From IMG/VR virus record IMGVR_UViG_3300027747_002638: a stretch of 64,000 bases of DNA. One strand, 5' to 3'. Below the pieces are notes generated by a model. That model ran no database searches. It was not told the origin of the DNA and was given only the letters and a program-made list of their open reading frames with translations. Position 1 is the stretch's first letter. Every line of letters starts with the position of its first letter. The DNA is from a virus. Of this stretch, positions 46,760 to 57,000 are shown piece by piece. Both the position numbers and the translations under genes were made by a program.

Positions 46760-47446
46760 TTATGTTAATAAGAACCTTCCTTTTAAAGATTTATAGTTCT
46801 GCAAGATTTCTGGTACTGATAATGCTCGGTTATATACGCAAAATCCATTTAACTTACCATAGAAATAACTACTCCCACCATCCCAATTACCACCACCAAT
46901 GACAGTACCTCCATCTCCAAGATTTACCAGATTTGCATCACTTACACTGTTGTTTAATATGCCATTTATAAACATATAAAAAACTCCACCTCTTCTGAAA
47001 ATGACCACATGATACCATGTATTAGGCACAAGCTCAAAGGTACTGGTAAAAGAGCTACCACCATTGTGTTCAAACCCTACTCTCTGATTATCTCCTGCAA
47101 CCATACATATTTTAAATGTATTTAAATACCATCCAGATGATGCTGAGAAAATGGCTGGATAATTTGCATATTGACCAAACGAATTGATCCAAAAAGAAAC
47201 TGAGAAATCACCTGTGCCAAAATTAAGAATGGGTTTAGATTGAAGATATGCATAATTACCGTTGAAGAAGAAGCTACCCATGTTCGAGCTATCAAATACA
47301 GGGCCATCTAATAGTGTAAAATTGTTTTTATTATTAGATGAATCATACCAAACATTTCCGCTTCTGGGATAACTCTTCTTACTAGCTGCATCAAGGCAAA
47401 GAATTAAGCCATCTTGAACTAAATCTGGTCCACCTGATGCGCTCAT
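46760..47446 (-). CDS. LamG/concanavalin A-like lectin domain protein
   Basis: DGLILCLDAA..SY..SGNVWYD, FSVSFWI, NTWYHVV, YNRALS..EILQNY. Confidence 0.85.
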   Translation of the reverse strand: MSASGGPDLVQDGLILCLDAASKKSYPRSGNVWYDSSNNKNNFTLLDGPVFDSSNMGSFFFNGNYAYLQSKPILNFGTGDFSVSFWINSFGQYANYPAIFSASSGWYLNTFKICMVAGDNQRVGFEHNGGSSFTSTFELVPNTWYHVVIFRRGGVFYMFINGILNNSVSDANLVNLGDGGTVIGGGNWDGGSSYFYGKLNGFCVYNRALSVPEILQNYKSLKGRFLLT

Positions 47447-48141
47447 AATTTAAATCTTCCTTTTAAAGCATTATAATTTTGAAGAATTTCTGTTTGTAAT
47501 AAGGTTTTTCTATAAAAAGAAAAATTACTTATAGAACCTATCATGCCAGTAGCTGGATCATTTGGCCAACCTGATGCAGCACCTGCTCCTAATATTAAAT
47601 AGAAAGTACTTGAATAACTTGCTTGAGAACCAACAATAGTACTAACTAATATACCATCTATATAAACTCTACGGTTATTTGAACTATCAAAAGTGTGAAC
47701 TATATTATACCATTTGTTATAGATTACATCATTTGAACTTACATAACCTCCACCAGTACCAACACCCCAAAAACATGTAATTCTTAATTTATTGTTTGAG
47801 TCAATATATACTGCTGGTACCCAGCCACCATTTGTTCCATTATTAGGTGCTGTTGTTTGATGTAAAATAACTCCATTAGCTGTAGCTTTAAACCATAAAT
47901 TAATACTAAAAACACTATTATCTTGAGAGTATATATTTAAAGGAGTTGTTATATAATTATTACCTGTAAAATTAAAAACATTATCTGTAAAGCTTGGGCT
48001 ATTTACTAAGTTTCCATTATTGTCATTTCCGCTCAAATCACGCCAAGTATTTCCACTTCCAGAATAGCTTTTTTTATTAGCAGCATCCAAGCACAATACT
48101 AATCCATCAGTAACTATTTTAGGAGAATGATGAAAGCTCAT
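47443..48141 (-). CDS. LamG/concanavalin A-like lectin domain protein (paralog of the previous gene)
   Basis: DGLVLCLDAA..SYSGSGNTWRDLSGN, WYNIV, YIDG, EILQNYNALKGRF. Confidence 0.85.
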   Translation of the reverse strand: MSFHHSPKIVTDGLVLCLDAANKKSYSGSGNTWRDLSGNDNNGNLVNSPSFTDNVFNFTGNNYITTPLNIYSQDNSVFSINLWFKATANGVILHQTTAPNNGTNGGWVPAVYIDSNNKLRITCFWGVGTGGGYVSSNDVIYNKWYNIVHTFDSSNNRRVYIDGILVSTIVGSQASYSSTFYLILGAGAASGWPNDPATGMIGSISNFSFYRKTLLQTEILQNYNALKGRFKL

Positions 48142-48974
48142 ATAGATAAAATTGTAACTATGGCTAATCCATCTCCATTTGTGCTTGTGCCATAGAATGT
48201 TGAAGTTGGGGTATTTATTCCTGCTTGAACACTTATGTTTGTTAATGCAGCATCAACATAGCTAGATCCACCTTGGGCTGGCTGGGCATCATCATCACAA
48301 GTAGATCCGCCACCATAATAGCCACCGCCACCGCCACCATTATCTGCACAATAGCCATCAACAGAACCATAGTATGCATCTTGACCTTGATATATAGCAC
48401 TACTAATACACGATCCTGGTATATTATTATTAGAGTATGCATTTCCTGCTGAATATGATCCAGTTTGATAGGAGTTACCACCTCCACCTCCTCCTCCTGC
48501 AACTGCTAATCTTGTATTGTATGAATTTGAATTATAAATTGGATCAACCACAGAGGTTCTAATATCTGTTGCTCCGCCTCCTCCACTGCTAGAACTTCCG
48601 CCAGCTCTGCCTCCTCCATTATATCCTCCGAGCCCAGTGGAACTTTGACCACAATTTGCATCAATATAGTTTGCCTCAGATCTACCTCCTCTGCCTCCAA
48701 CTATCAAATAAATATTTACATATGCTCGAGGATCAAAAGAAACTGATGTATAGCCGCCATAACCACCTAAAGCATTACTATATTGTTTATAACCTCCATT
48801 GGCGCCATAAAGTTCAGTTTTTACAGATTTAGAATTGTTGTATAAAAATTGTTGAATATTAGAGGTAAAAGAAAATAATATAATATCTCCACGAACAAAT
48901 TTAGTAGATGAATTTATATTTGAAGCTAAGAATATCTGTGAAGCTCTACTTCTGTAACCATATATCACAGCCAT
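48138..48974 (-). CDS. Glycine-rich domain adhesin
   Basis: YGANGG, GGYNGGG, GGGGATDIR, RLAVAGGGGG, GGGGGYYGG polyglycine motifs. Confidence 0.8.
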   Translation of the reverse strand: MAVIYGYRSRASQIFLASNINSSTKFVRGDIILFSFTSNIQQFLYNNSKSVKTELYGANGGYKQYSNALGGYGGYTSVSFDPRAYVNIYLIVGGRGGRSEANYIDANCGQSSTGLGGYNGGGRAGGSSSSGGGGATDIRTSVVDPIYNSNSYNTRLAVAGGGGGGGNSYQTGSYSAGNAYSNNNIPGSCISSAIYQGQDAYYGSVDGYCADNGGGGGGYYGGGSTCDDDAQPAQGGSSYVDAALTNISVQAGINTPTSTFYGTSTNGDGLAIVTILSI

Positions 48975-48975
48975 A

Positions 48976-51900
48976 TTAAAACTCCACAGTTAATTTTGGA
49001 ATATCTTTTCGTTCTGCCGTGAAACTCCAATAAAATTCATATTCATTTTTATCAAACCAGCCGCGATTCATACCTACTGTGAAATTATTTTCATTAACAT
49101 CAACTTCTTTAACAAATAAAGCTTTATCATGATTAATGTTTGTGAGTTGTATGTTTACTTTATCTTCATTAACTAATGATGAGATATATTCTGGAAGATA
49201 TACTTTAACTACCTCGGCGCGGATTTTATTTTTATCTGTTAATCTAATTCCGTGATAAGGAGATTCCAAACTTCCATATTGAAGTTTTTTGCCAACTTGA
49301 GTTGGATGGTCTATCAAGAATGATTTAGAAGCCGCAGAAAGGTGACCAGTTATTGTTGTATTACCACTTACTGTAACATTGCCTTGTAATATGCTATTTC
49401 CACTAACATAAAATCTACTTGGCGCAGAAGATATACCACTACCAATACCAAAATTACCATTTGAATCTAATATAAGATTCTTATTATAAGATGATCCATT
49501 GTATCCTTGAAGTATAAAAGATTTTGTGCCACCTCCACCATAAGTAATAGTAAAATCATCATTATCTCTACTGCCAACATTAGAAGAATAAAGATAATTA
49601 GAAAATAAAGCTCCAGCACCTCCATTTTGTGTTGGATTAAAAAATACGCTATTATTACCATTTTGCTCTTTTAATATAAAGCTACTATTATTGGGTGGAT
49701 TTGGATTACTTATTATTACTGCACCAGATGGATTAATATTTATATTATTGCCAGTTAATGTGACATCTCTTAATATACCAGAAGTTGTTCTTTGAGAACC
49801 AATTACAAATTGATTGTTTCTCCATCCAATTAATCCAAATTCACCAGAATTAACTCCAGTTGCGTTATAAGAATAAAAATCACCAGAAGGTAACGTTAAA
49901 TTATTATTGATTGTTAAATTACCATCTATTAGTTCATCTGTTTTAAATATATGAATTGGAGTAGAGGTATTTGAAGAAACACCGATTACATATTTTGCAT
50001 TACTAGACATAGCGACTGTCCATACTCCTGAACTAGGAGTTATTAATTTCCATGTGTTTCCATAATCGCTAGAAAAATAAATTCCACCAGTGCTAACAAA
50101 GTATCCTCCAATTCCAGCAACCATATATTTTCCATTATCTGATATTGCAACGCTAAAATAAGTTGCAGCAGTTGATTTTGCAATAAATGTATTTCCGTAA
50201 TCATTAGAAATATAAACATTTGTTGCAGAGCTGTTTCTACAATATATCACATATTTTCCATCTGCAGATGTTGCAATAGAAGTATAAGAATTGTACGAGC
50301 CACTCTGAATGGTAACCCAAGTATTACCATAATCCGAAGATTTATATATATTACCATTACCGCCAAAATTTTCTGTTGCATATTGATATTTTCCATCACT
50401 ACTCATTGCAACTGAAGTGTAAATTGTAGTCGTACCTTTAGGTATCCAAGTATTGCCATAGTCACTCGAAATATATATTTGAAGACTTTGTGTTCCATAA
50501 GCTCCACCAGTAGCAGTTTGATATTTTCCATCGCTACTCATAGCAACTGCTGTCCAATATCTTACAGAATCTTTTGCTGTCCAAGTATTGCCATAATCAT
50601 TAGATATATAAATATAACCATTATGATGACATGCAGTTTGATATTTACCATCCGCAGATATTGCAACTCCTCGCCATAGTCTAGTAGCATCTGTTATTCT
50701 TGGTGTCCATGTATTACCATGATCATTAGATACATAAACATATCCATTGCTAGGACCATAATCTCCAACTGCAGTAATTTGATATCTTCCATCACTAGAA
50801 ACTGCTGCACTTCTAAAAATTTGATTAGGTGCAGTTGTGCTTTTTCTAACATAATTATTTCCAAAACTAGATTCAACTAATTGAACTGTATTTTGACTTA
50901 ATTTTGTTCTACCTAAGAAATATCCACCTTCGTAGTTTCCTGTATAATTTCCAGTAAATCCAAGACCAGTTATATATCCAGTTATATTTCCAGAGCATTG
51001 ACTTGTTTGTAATAAGTGATCATTTAAACTAGAAGTTCCATTTATATAAAGTCTTCCACTTCTAGGAGATAAAGCAATATTCTCACCAGTAATTATAACA
51101 TCTCGTAGTACGCCAGAATTTGAAGTTTGAGCTCCAATCAAAAGAGCATTTGATCCAGTAGATACTATTCCTAGATTAGGTTGCCAACCAATTAGTGCGA
51201 ATTCGCCGCTATTAGTTCCTGTGCTATTAAATATTCTTAAACTTTGAGGACTTGTACCACTATAAATATCTATACCAGATGTGAATGTTTTTAAACCATT
51301 TATTGTTTGATTGCTGGTTGTATTAACATATAAACTTGGAGTTACATTTACTCCACTAACTTGTAAAACCATTCCATTATTAACATCAACTTTATTATTA
51401 TCAATAACAACACCAACAAATGCATATGGAAATGCACCAATATTTCCACTTCTATATATATTTATTGTTTTATTTATAGAATACGAATTATTTATATCAA
51501 TATTACCAAAAACAGTATTTGTACCAGCATAATTTGGACTAGCTCCAGCGTAAATATTAATTCCACCAGCACTATTATTTGTGCCTGTACCTGCTGTTAG
51601 ATTTATATTTGATGTATTAGCACTAAAAAAAGCACTATTTCCAGCATTTATATTGATTGCTCCACCACCAACAGGAATCGTAGTTCCTCCATGACCAGCT
51701 TGTATATTAATTGCACGATTTAGTTGACTAACTACTTCTCCACTAAAACCAATAATATCTAAACTACTTCCTGATACTCCAGAAATATATTTTGTGCTTA
51801 ATCCAGTATTAAAAGTTTTAAGTCCAGAGATAGTTTGATTTCCTGTTGTAAAAACAATATTGCTGTTTGGAGAATTAATATAACCACTTAAATTATTAAT

Positions 51901-54900
51901 TTTAGTATCAAGAGTAGAGCCTGTGCTTGCAAGGTTAACTGTTGTTGCATACAAAGTTGAAGATCCAGTAAGCACTGGATTTCTATTAACAAAAAGTCCA
52001 CTAGTAAAATTACCACTTCCATAAACTGTAAAATTATTACCAGAAATAACTAGAAAATCACCTTGCGCCGAGTCGCCAAATGTTGTATCATTTATGAAAT
52101 TTTTGGTTCCAGATATTGTTTCATTTCCAGTTTTATGAACAACTTCGGAATTTAAGGCTATATAATCAGTTTTACCACTTGGAATATACAATCGAGTGCC
52201 GATTGGATCTTGAGATTGCACACTATTTAATGTATTTTCGCCTAATGGCCCAGCATTAAACCAAAATCCTACATTTCTAAAATCGCCGTCATAATTATTA
52301 TTAAAATATAATTCATTATCTCCCCATTGTAAAGCATTATTCGCACCATTTGCCGAATCATACATATAAATCTTACTTCCATCTAATTTTAAATCTCCAT
52401 TAACATGTAATTTTTCAGAGGGACTAGTTGTACCAATGCCAACATTTGTATCATACCAGTATAACATACTTTGGCTATTTGCATCAAGTAATTGTCTATT
52501 ATTCCATAAAACAGATTGAACTTGACTACCGTCAGTTAATGTATATTCTTCTGTGCTTAATATATCATTACCACCACCATCTTTTAGGAACACAAAACTT
52601 TCATCAGTACTAAGATAATGGTTTTTTCCTATTCTATTATTAATTCCTGTTAAATTTATATTATCAGTGAAATTTTTATTTCCAGCTATAGTTTGATTTC
52701 CAGTAGTAAAAACAATATTACTAGATGTGGAATTTATATAACCGCTAAGATTATCTATTTTTGTATTTAAAGTCGATCCAGTAGAAGCAAGATTGGTTAT
52801 TGTACCAAATTTAGCATCTGCAACTCCACTATAAGCTACAAGTTGTTGAACTGAAGCTATATCAGGCAAAGGCGAAAGATCGCTATTTCTTGTGCTAATT
52901 CCAAATTTAAATTTATTAGAATGATCAAAACCAATAATTGGACCAGTATCATTTACTCCAGTTAATCCACTTCCAGTAACAAAAAATATTCCACCATCAA
53001 CTGCTCCACCAGTAATATTTAACAATAAATAATTACTTGCAAGATTAACTTGAGAAGTATTAACAATTGTTTCTGTTCCAGTAACATAAAGATTATTAAT
53101 ATAAACATTATCTCTAAAAGTTTTAACTCCACCAATACTTTGATTTCCATAAAGTAATACTGAACTACCACTTAGTGAATCTATTTTATTACTTAAAGTA
53201 GATCCTGTAGTATTTAAATTAGTCGATAAAGTTGATCCAGTACTTGCAAGATTGGTTGCTAATGTACTTCCAGTAGACGCAAGATTAGCTGAAGTAGCAT
53301 AAAGAGCTGGAGTTACTTGTACGCCACTTACTTGTAGTCCCATTCCATTTTGAAAATTAACATTATTATTATCTATTGAAACAGCAAGTCTTTGAGATGG
53401 ACTGCCAAAAAAATCGCCTCTTCTGTATATGTTTATATTTTTTGATGATAACGCTGTTCCAGCATCTGATGTGCCATTAATATTTATATCACCAAACATA
53501 TTAATTTTACCGTTATAAGTTGTAGATACTCCTGCTTCAAGAACAATATTTCCAGCAGTCCCATTCTGATCAATTGAAGGTCTTATAGTTATATCTGCAG
53601 TAGATGGACTAGATATAGTAGTCTTTGCGCCGCCAATAGTAATACTTGCACCAGTTTTTAATATATTTGGTGCAACTCCACTCAAACTACCACCCATTAA
53701 AATGAGATCACTCGCATTAATGTTTGATCCGCCCACGCCTGAACCTGCTATAATATTTAAAGTTGAGCCAAAAATACCAGAAATATACGAAGTACTTAAT
53801 CCATTATTAAAAGTTTTAATTCCAGAAATATTCTGATTGCCAAATGTTAATACTGAAACGCCACTCAGATTATTTATTTTATTATCAAGAGTCGAACCAG
53901 TACTTGCAAGATTTATAATTGTAGCGTAAGTAGAACTAGCGGTAGAAGAAGTAAGATAAGAACTTAAATCTACTCCAGTAATTAATGGATTTCCGCTAAG
54001 TATTGGAGCAACAGCGAAAGTTTTAATTCCAGAAATAGTTTGATCACCTATACTATAAACTACTGGATCATATGAATTAATTAAATTTTTATTAACATTA
54101 TTTCCAATTTTTGATTCTGTGCTTCCGCCAGTTGCATCTATACTAAAATAAAGATTTTTATAAAAAAGATAAGAATAATCTACTCCATTTATAGCATAAC
54201 TATTAGCGTTTGCTGGAACAGAAATTGCTGAACCAACTACTACTGCTGTAGAAGATGGATCTTTTAAAAATATTCCAGTCGAAGGATTCGCTGTATTTGT
54301 TAGCACGCTATTTAATAAAGTTAATCTAGCAGCGTTTTCAACTTGAAAAGCTTTTGCTCCAGTTGTTTCTATTTGAGAGTTACTTATATTTAAAGTACTA
54401 TTATTTCTAACGTAAGCTAAAACACTTGCAGAACTACTAGTCTCAGCAAAAGAAATCGAAGATGTTCCACTTACTATATCAATTGCTGTTGTATTTACTC
54501 CTTCTGGACTAAGTTTTAATATATCTCCTTGCAATCTTGAAGTTGTATTTGTATTATTTGAATATAAACAAGTTCCATTATCTTTTGCTATCAACCAACA
54601 ATCTTGAATAAACAGTCTTTGAGGGTGATTTCCAGAAAATAATATACATTTATTATTTGAAGTGGCCGTTATTCCTAACCCAGCTATTGAAAAATTATTA
54701 TCTGTTGCGGTTCCACCTGTGGCTGCAAAAACTAATGAGCCAGTTATTCTAATTGGATCATTTTTATTTGTATTATTTCCTACTAAATTAATATATCCTT
54801 TATCTATAGTTAAATTTTCAGCTATTGGGCTAAGAAGCGTTATATAAGTTGGATTGTGAAAATATGCAATATTTTTTGCTGCATTGTAAGCGCCACTTAA

Positions 54901-55227
54901 AGTTTTATATGGATATAAAATATTTCCATTTTCAATATATGAATCTGTTCTAGTGGCATCAACATAGAAATATGAATTGGTTTGAACATATGGAATATCT
55001 CCACTTAATAAAACTCCAGTTCCATTTACTGTTGGTCGAGATGCAAAAGTTTTAACTCCACTAATAGTTTGATTGCCAGTATTATAAACCAAATTAGAAG
55101 CAACTACTGGAAAGTTACTATCTATATTAAGATTTCTTACAAATATACCAGAAACATCATCTTTAAGATAAAATCTTTGACCAGATGATATTCCTGTATT
55201 TGAGAAATGAAATATTTGATTGCTCAT
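48976..55227 (-). CDS. Long modular fibre (2083 aa): beta-helix, shaft repeats, Asp-box beta-propeller, C-terminal chaperone-like domain
   Basis: GNQTISGxKTF and NLASTGSTL repeats; six SxD[YH]GNT[WF] Asp boxes; C-terminal KSFLIDHP..LQYGSLESP..AERKD. Confidence 0.88.
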   Translation of the reverse strand: MSNQIFHFSNTGISSGQRFYLKDDVSGIFVRNLNIDSNFPVVASNLVYNTGNQTISGVKTFASRPTVNGTGVLLSGDIPYVQTNSYFYVDATRTDSYIENGNILYPYKTLSGAYNAAKNIAYFHNPTYITLLSPIAENLTIDKGYINLVGNNTNKNDPIRITGSLVFAATGGTATDNNFSIAGLGITATSNNKCILFSGNHPQRLFIQDCWLIAKDNGTCLYSNNTNTTSRLQGDILKLSPEGVNTTAIDIVSGTSSISFAETSSSASVLAYVRNNSTLNISNSQIETTGAKAFQVENAARLTLLNSVLTNTANPSTGIFLKDPSSTAVVVGSAISVPANANSYAINGVDYSYLFYKNLYFSIDATGGSTESKIGNNVNKNLINSYDPVVYSIGDQTISGIKTFAVAPILSGNPLITGVDLSSYLTSSTASSTYATIINLASTGSTLDNKINNLSGVSVLTFGNQNISGIKTFNNGLSTSYISGIFGSTLNIIAGSGVGGSNINASDLILMGGSLSGVAPNILKTGASITIGGAKTTISSPSTADITIRPSIDQNGTAGNIVLEAGVSTTYNGKINMFGDININGTSDAGTALSSKNINIYRRGDFFGSPSQRLAVSIDNNNVNFQNGMGLQVSGVQVTPALYATSANLASTGSTLATNLASTGSTLSTNLNTTGSTLSNKIDSLSGSSVLLYGNQSIGGVKTFRDNVYINNLYVTGTETIVNTSQVNLASNYLLLNITGGAVDGGIFFVTGSGLTGVNDTGPIIGFDHSNKFKFGISTRNSDLSPLPDIASVQQLVAYSGVADAKFGTITNLASTGSTLNTKIDNLSGYINSTSSNIVFTTGNQTIAGNKNFTDNINLTGINNRIGKNHYLSTDESFVFLKDGGGNDILSTEEYTLTDGSQVQSVLWNNRQLLDANSQSMLYWYDTNVGIGTTSPSEKLHVNGDLKLDGSKIYMYDSANGANNALQWGDNELYFNNNYDGDFRNVGFWFNAGPLGENTLNSVQSQDPIGTRLYIPSGKTDYIALNSEVVHKTGNETISGTKNFINDTTFGDSAQGDFLVISGNNFTVYGSGNFTSGLFVNRNPVLTGSSTLYATTVNLASTGSTLDTKINNLSGYINSPNSNIVFTTGNQTISGLKTFNTGLSTKYISGVSGSSLDIIGFSGEVVSQLNRAINIQAGHGGTTIPVGGGAININAGNSAFFSANTSNINLTAGTGTNNSAGGINIYAGASPNYAGTNTVFGNIDINNSYSINKTINIYRSGNIGAFPYAFVGVVIDNNKVDVNNGMVLQVSGVNVTPSLYVNTTSNQTINGLKTFTSGIDIYSGTSPQSLRIFNSTGTNSGEFALIGWQPNLGIVSTGSNALLIGAQTSNSGVLRDVIITGENIALSPRSGRLYINGTSSLNDHLLQTSQCSGNITGYITGLGFTGNYTGNYEGGYFLGRTKLSQNTVQLVESSFGNNYVRKSTTAPNQIFRSAAVSSDGRYQITAVGDYGPSNGYVYVSNDHGNTWTPRITDATRLWRGVAISADGKYQTACHHNGYIYISNDYGNTWTAKDSVRYWTAVAMSSDGKYQTATGGAYGTQSLQIYISSDYGNTWIPKGTTTIYTSVAMSSDGKYQYATENFGGNGNIYKSSDYGNTWVTIQSGSYNSYTSIATSADGKYVIYCRNSSATNVYISNDYGNTFIAKSTAATYFSVAISDNGKYMVAGIGGYFVSTGGIYFSSDYGNTWKLITPSSGVWTVAMSSNAKYVIGVSSNTSTPIHIFKTDELIDGNLTINNNLTLPSGDFYSYNATGVNSGEFGLIGWRNNQFVIGSQRTTSGILRDVTLTGNNININPSGAVIISNPNPPNNSSFILKEQNGNNSVFFNPTQNGGAGALFSNYLYSSNVGSRDNDDFTITYGGGGTKSFILQGYNGSSYNKNLILDSNGNFGIGSGISSAPSRFYVSGNSILQGNVTVSGNTTITGHLSAASKSFLIDHPTQVGKKLQYGSLESPYHGIRLTDKNKIRAEVVKVYLPEYISSLVNEDKVNIQLTNINHDKALFVKEVDVNENNFTVGMNRGWFDKNEYEFYWSFTAERKDIPKLTVEF

Positions 55228-55228
55228 C

Positions 55229-55492
55229 TTAATATCTTATTTGTTTATGTTCTCCGCTTTTGTCTCTATAGTTTAAAATGCCATTAAGAGAAGTTAAATT
55301 ATAAACATCAAAGCTAATTAAAGTTTCATAATCTTTTAGGTTTGCTGTTATACTATTATAATGGTTTTCTAAAGTAGTTGATTCTTCAGCAGAGGGCTCA
55401 ATTTCTTCTCTTTTGGGTTTATTATCTTCGCCTTTAATAACAGTAATTTTCTTAAAGGGTTGATTTTTTTGTGTTTTTGTATATGTTATCAT
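55229..55492 (-). CDS. Small hypothetical protein (possible fibre assembly factor)
   Basis: SD AAAGGA; lies between two fibre genes. Confidence 0.65.
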   Translation of the reverse strand: MITYTKTQKNQPFKKITVIKGEDNKPKREEIEPSAEESTTLENHYNSITANLKDYETLISFDVYNLTSLNGILNYRDKSGEHKQIRY

Positions 55493-55510
55493 ATGTTTTT
55501 CCTTTGTATA

Positions 55511-56887
55511 TTATAATCCAAATGATCCAATTCCTCCATTACAATTTGTAAAAGTCCCACTTGGTCTTCCGCGGACGATGATGCCTAAATAGTTAGGCAA
55601 ACCATCACCACCAAATGAACGACTTCCTGCAGTACAATCTTTAAAAGTTCCACTTGCAGTTCCACCACCCCCGCCAAATGAAGCTAATCCACCAGTGCAA
55701 TTTATAAAAGTCCCACTTGCAAGGCCAGGCCCATCGCCTTTTCCACCAAATGAATAGTCTCCACCAGTACAATCTTTAAAAGTTCCAGTTGCGGTTCCAT
55801 TATAACCACCAAATGAAGATGCTCCACCAGAGCAATTTGTGAAAGTTCCACTTGCACTTCCAGCATTTCCGCCAAATGAAACAATTCCACCAGTGCAATC
55901 TTTAAAAATTCCAGTTGTGGTTGAGTTAAGGCCAAATGAACCAAATCCACTAGAGCAATTTGTGAAAGTTCCACTTATCGTTCCATAAAAGACAAATGAA
56001 TAGTTTCCACCAATGCAATCTTTAAAAATTCCACTAGCAATTCCAATGTAACCACCAAATGAAAAATCTCCTGCAGTGCAATTTATAAAAGTTCCACTAT
56101 ATTCTATTCCTGATCTCATACTAAAAACCCAAATAAGATCGAAATCAGAATTAGAACTAAATAATACATTTTCTATATATGTTAAATTTAAATTAGAATC
56201 AGGAAAATAAGCTGATGGATTATCAATATTCGGTTCCTGCGCTGGATATGTTGTATTACTATTTTCTATTGTTAGATTATATAATTTAACATCATTTGCT
56301 GTTTGTTGCACTGTTCCTCTGTTTGCTTCACCAACATCACTTGTTATATAATGTTTGCTTCTATCTGAAGTGGAACCAATTATATCAATATATTCAGTAT
56401 CAAGAATTAAACTTTGTGTTCCAAGATCATATCTTGCTGGTGGTAAAATAACAGCTAATCTATTAGAAGTTGATAAAGCGGCGCCGTTAGGAGTTACAGT
56501 TTTTGCAAGATCATAAGCTGCTAAAAGATTATTACCATTAACTATAGCATTATCTGTTACTTTAACAGTAACATAATTGGCGCTATTTAACTTTGCAGCT
56601 TCACCACTTAAAAGAACGCCAGTACCATTTACAGTTGGTCGATTTGTTAAACCAACTTCACCGTTTATAATACTTATATCTACTCCAGAAATAGTTAGAG
56701 TATCAATATTATTTAAATCAAGAGCATTAAAAATTCCACTTCCAGAAACATTAATATTATCAACAAAAAATTTATTACCAGATATAATTTGGTCGCCAGT
56801 ATTATAAACTAAATTAGGCGCAGTAGCCTCATAAGAAAATCTTCCAGTACTGCTTACTAATGTTTTAGCTTTAAAAATCTGTGCCAT
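55511..56887 (-). CDS. Fibre/spike with a C-terminal Cys-ladder repeat solenoid
   Basis: Shares LVYNTG.Q.ISG.K and RPTVNGTGVLLSG with the 2083-aa fibre; nine G[TI]FxxCxxGxxSF repeats. Confidence 0.8.
   Translation of the reverse strand: MAQIFKAKTLVSSTGRFSYEATAPNLVYNTGDQIISGNKFFVDNINVSGSGIFNALDLNNIDTLTISGVDISIINGEVGLTNRPTVNGTGVLLSGEAAKLNSANYVTVKVTDNAIVNGNNLLAAYDLAKTVTPNGAALSTSNRLAVILPPARYDLGTQSLILDTEYIDIIGSTSDRSKHYITSDVGEANRGTVQQTANDVKLYNLTIENSNTTYPAQEPNIDNPSAYFPDSNLNLTYIENVLFSSNSDFDLIWVFSMRSGIEYSGTFINCTAGDFSFGGYIGIASGIFKDCIGGNYSFVFYGTISGTFTNCSSGFGSFGLNSTTTGIFKDCTGGIVSFGGNAGSASGTFTNCSGGASSFGGYNGTATGTFKDCTGGDYSFGGKGDGPGLASGTFINCTGGLASFGGGGGTASGTFKDCTAGSRSFGGDGLPNYLGIIVRGRPSGTFTNCNGGIGSFGL
55514..56100 (-). 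repeat. Nine roughly 20-aa repeats, alternating F[TI]NC and FKDC types
   Basis: Visible in both protein and DNA (caatttgtgaaagttccact / caatctttaaaa). Confidence 0.85.
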
Positions 56888-56904
56888 TTTCTTTTTATTC
56901 CTTT

Positions 56905-56944
56905 TGTTGGTTTTTAGGCCAATCTGTCGCTTTTTAAGGCGAAC
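56905..56944 (-). promoter_or_regulatory. Twin-hairpin cis-regulatory RNA candidate in a 5' leader
   Basis: 2 x 20 nt: GTTCGC-CTTAAAAA-GCGACA and GATTGG-CCTAAAAA-CCAACA; the stems covary and the loops are conserved; abuts the SD. Confidence 0.55.
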
Positions 56945-56986
56945 TAAAGAGTAAAAGAATTATTAATTCTATTATTCTAGTGAATA

Positions 56987-56992
56987 TTACAC
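56987..56992 (-). promoter_or_regulatory. GTGTAA putative late promoter element
   Basis: 99 nt upstream of ATG 56887. Confidence 0.7.
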
Positions 56993-57000
56993 TAGATAAC

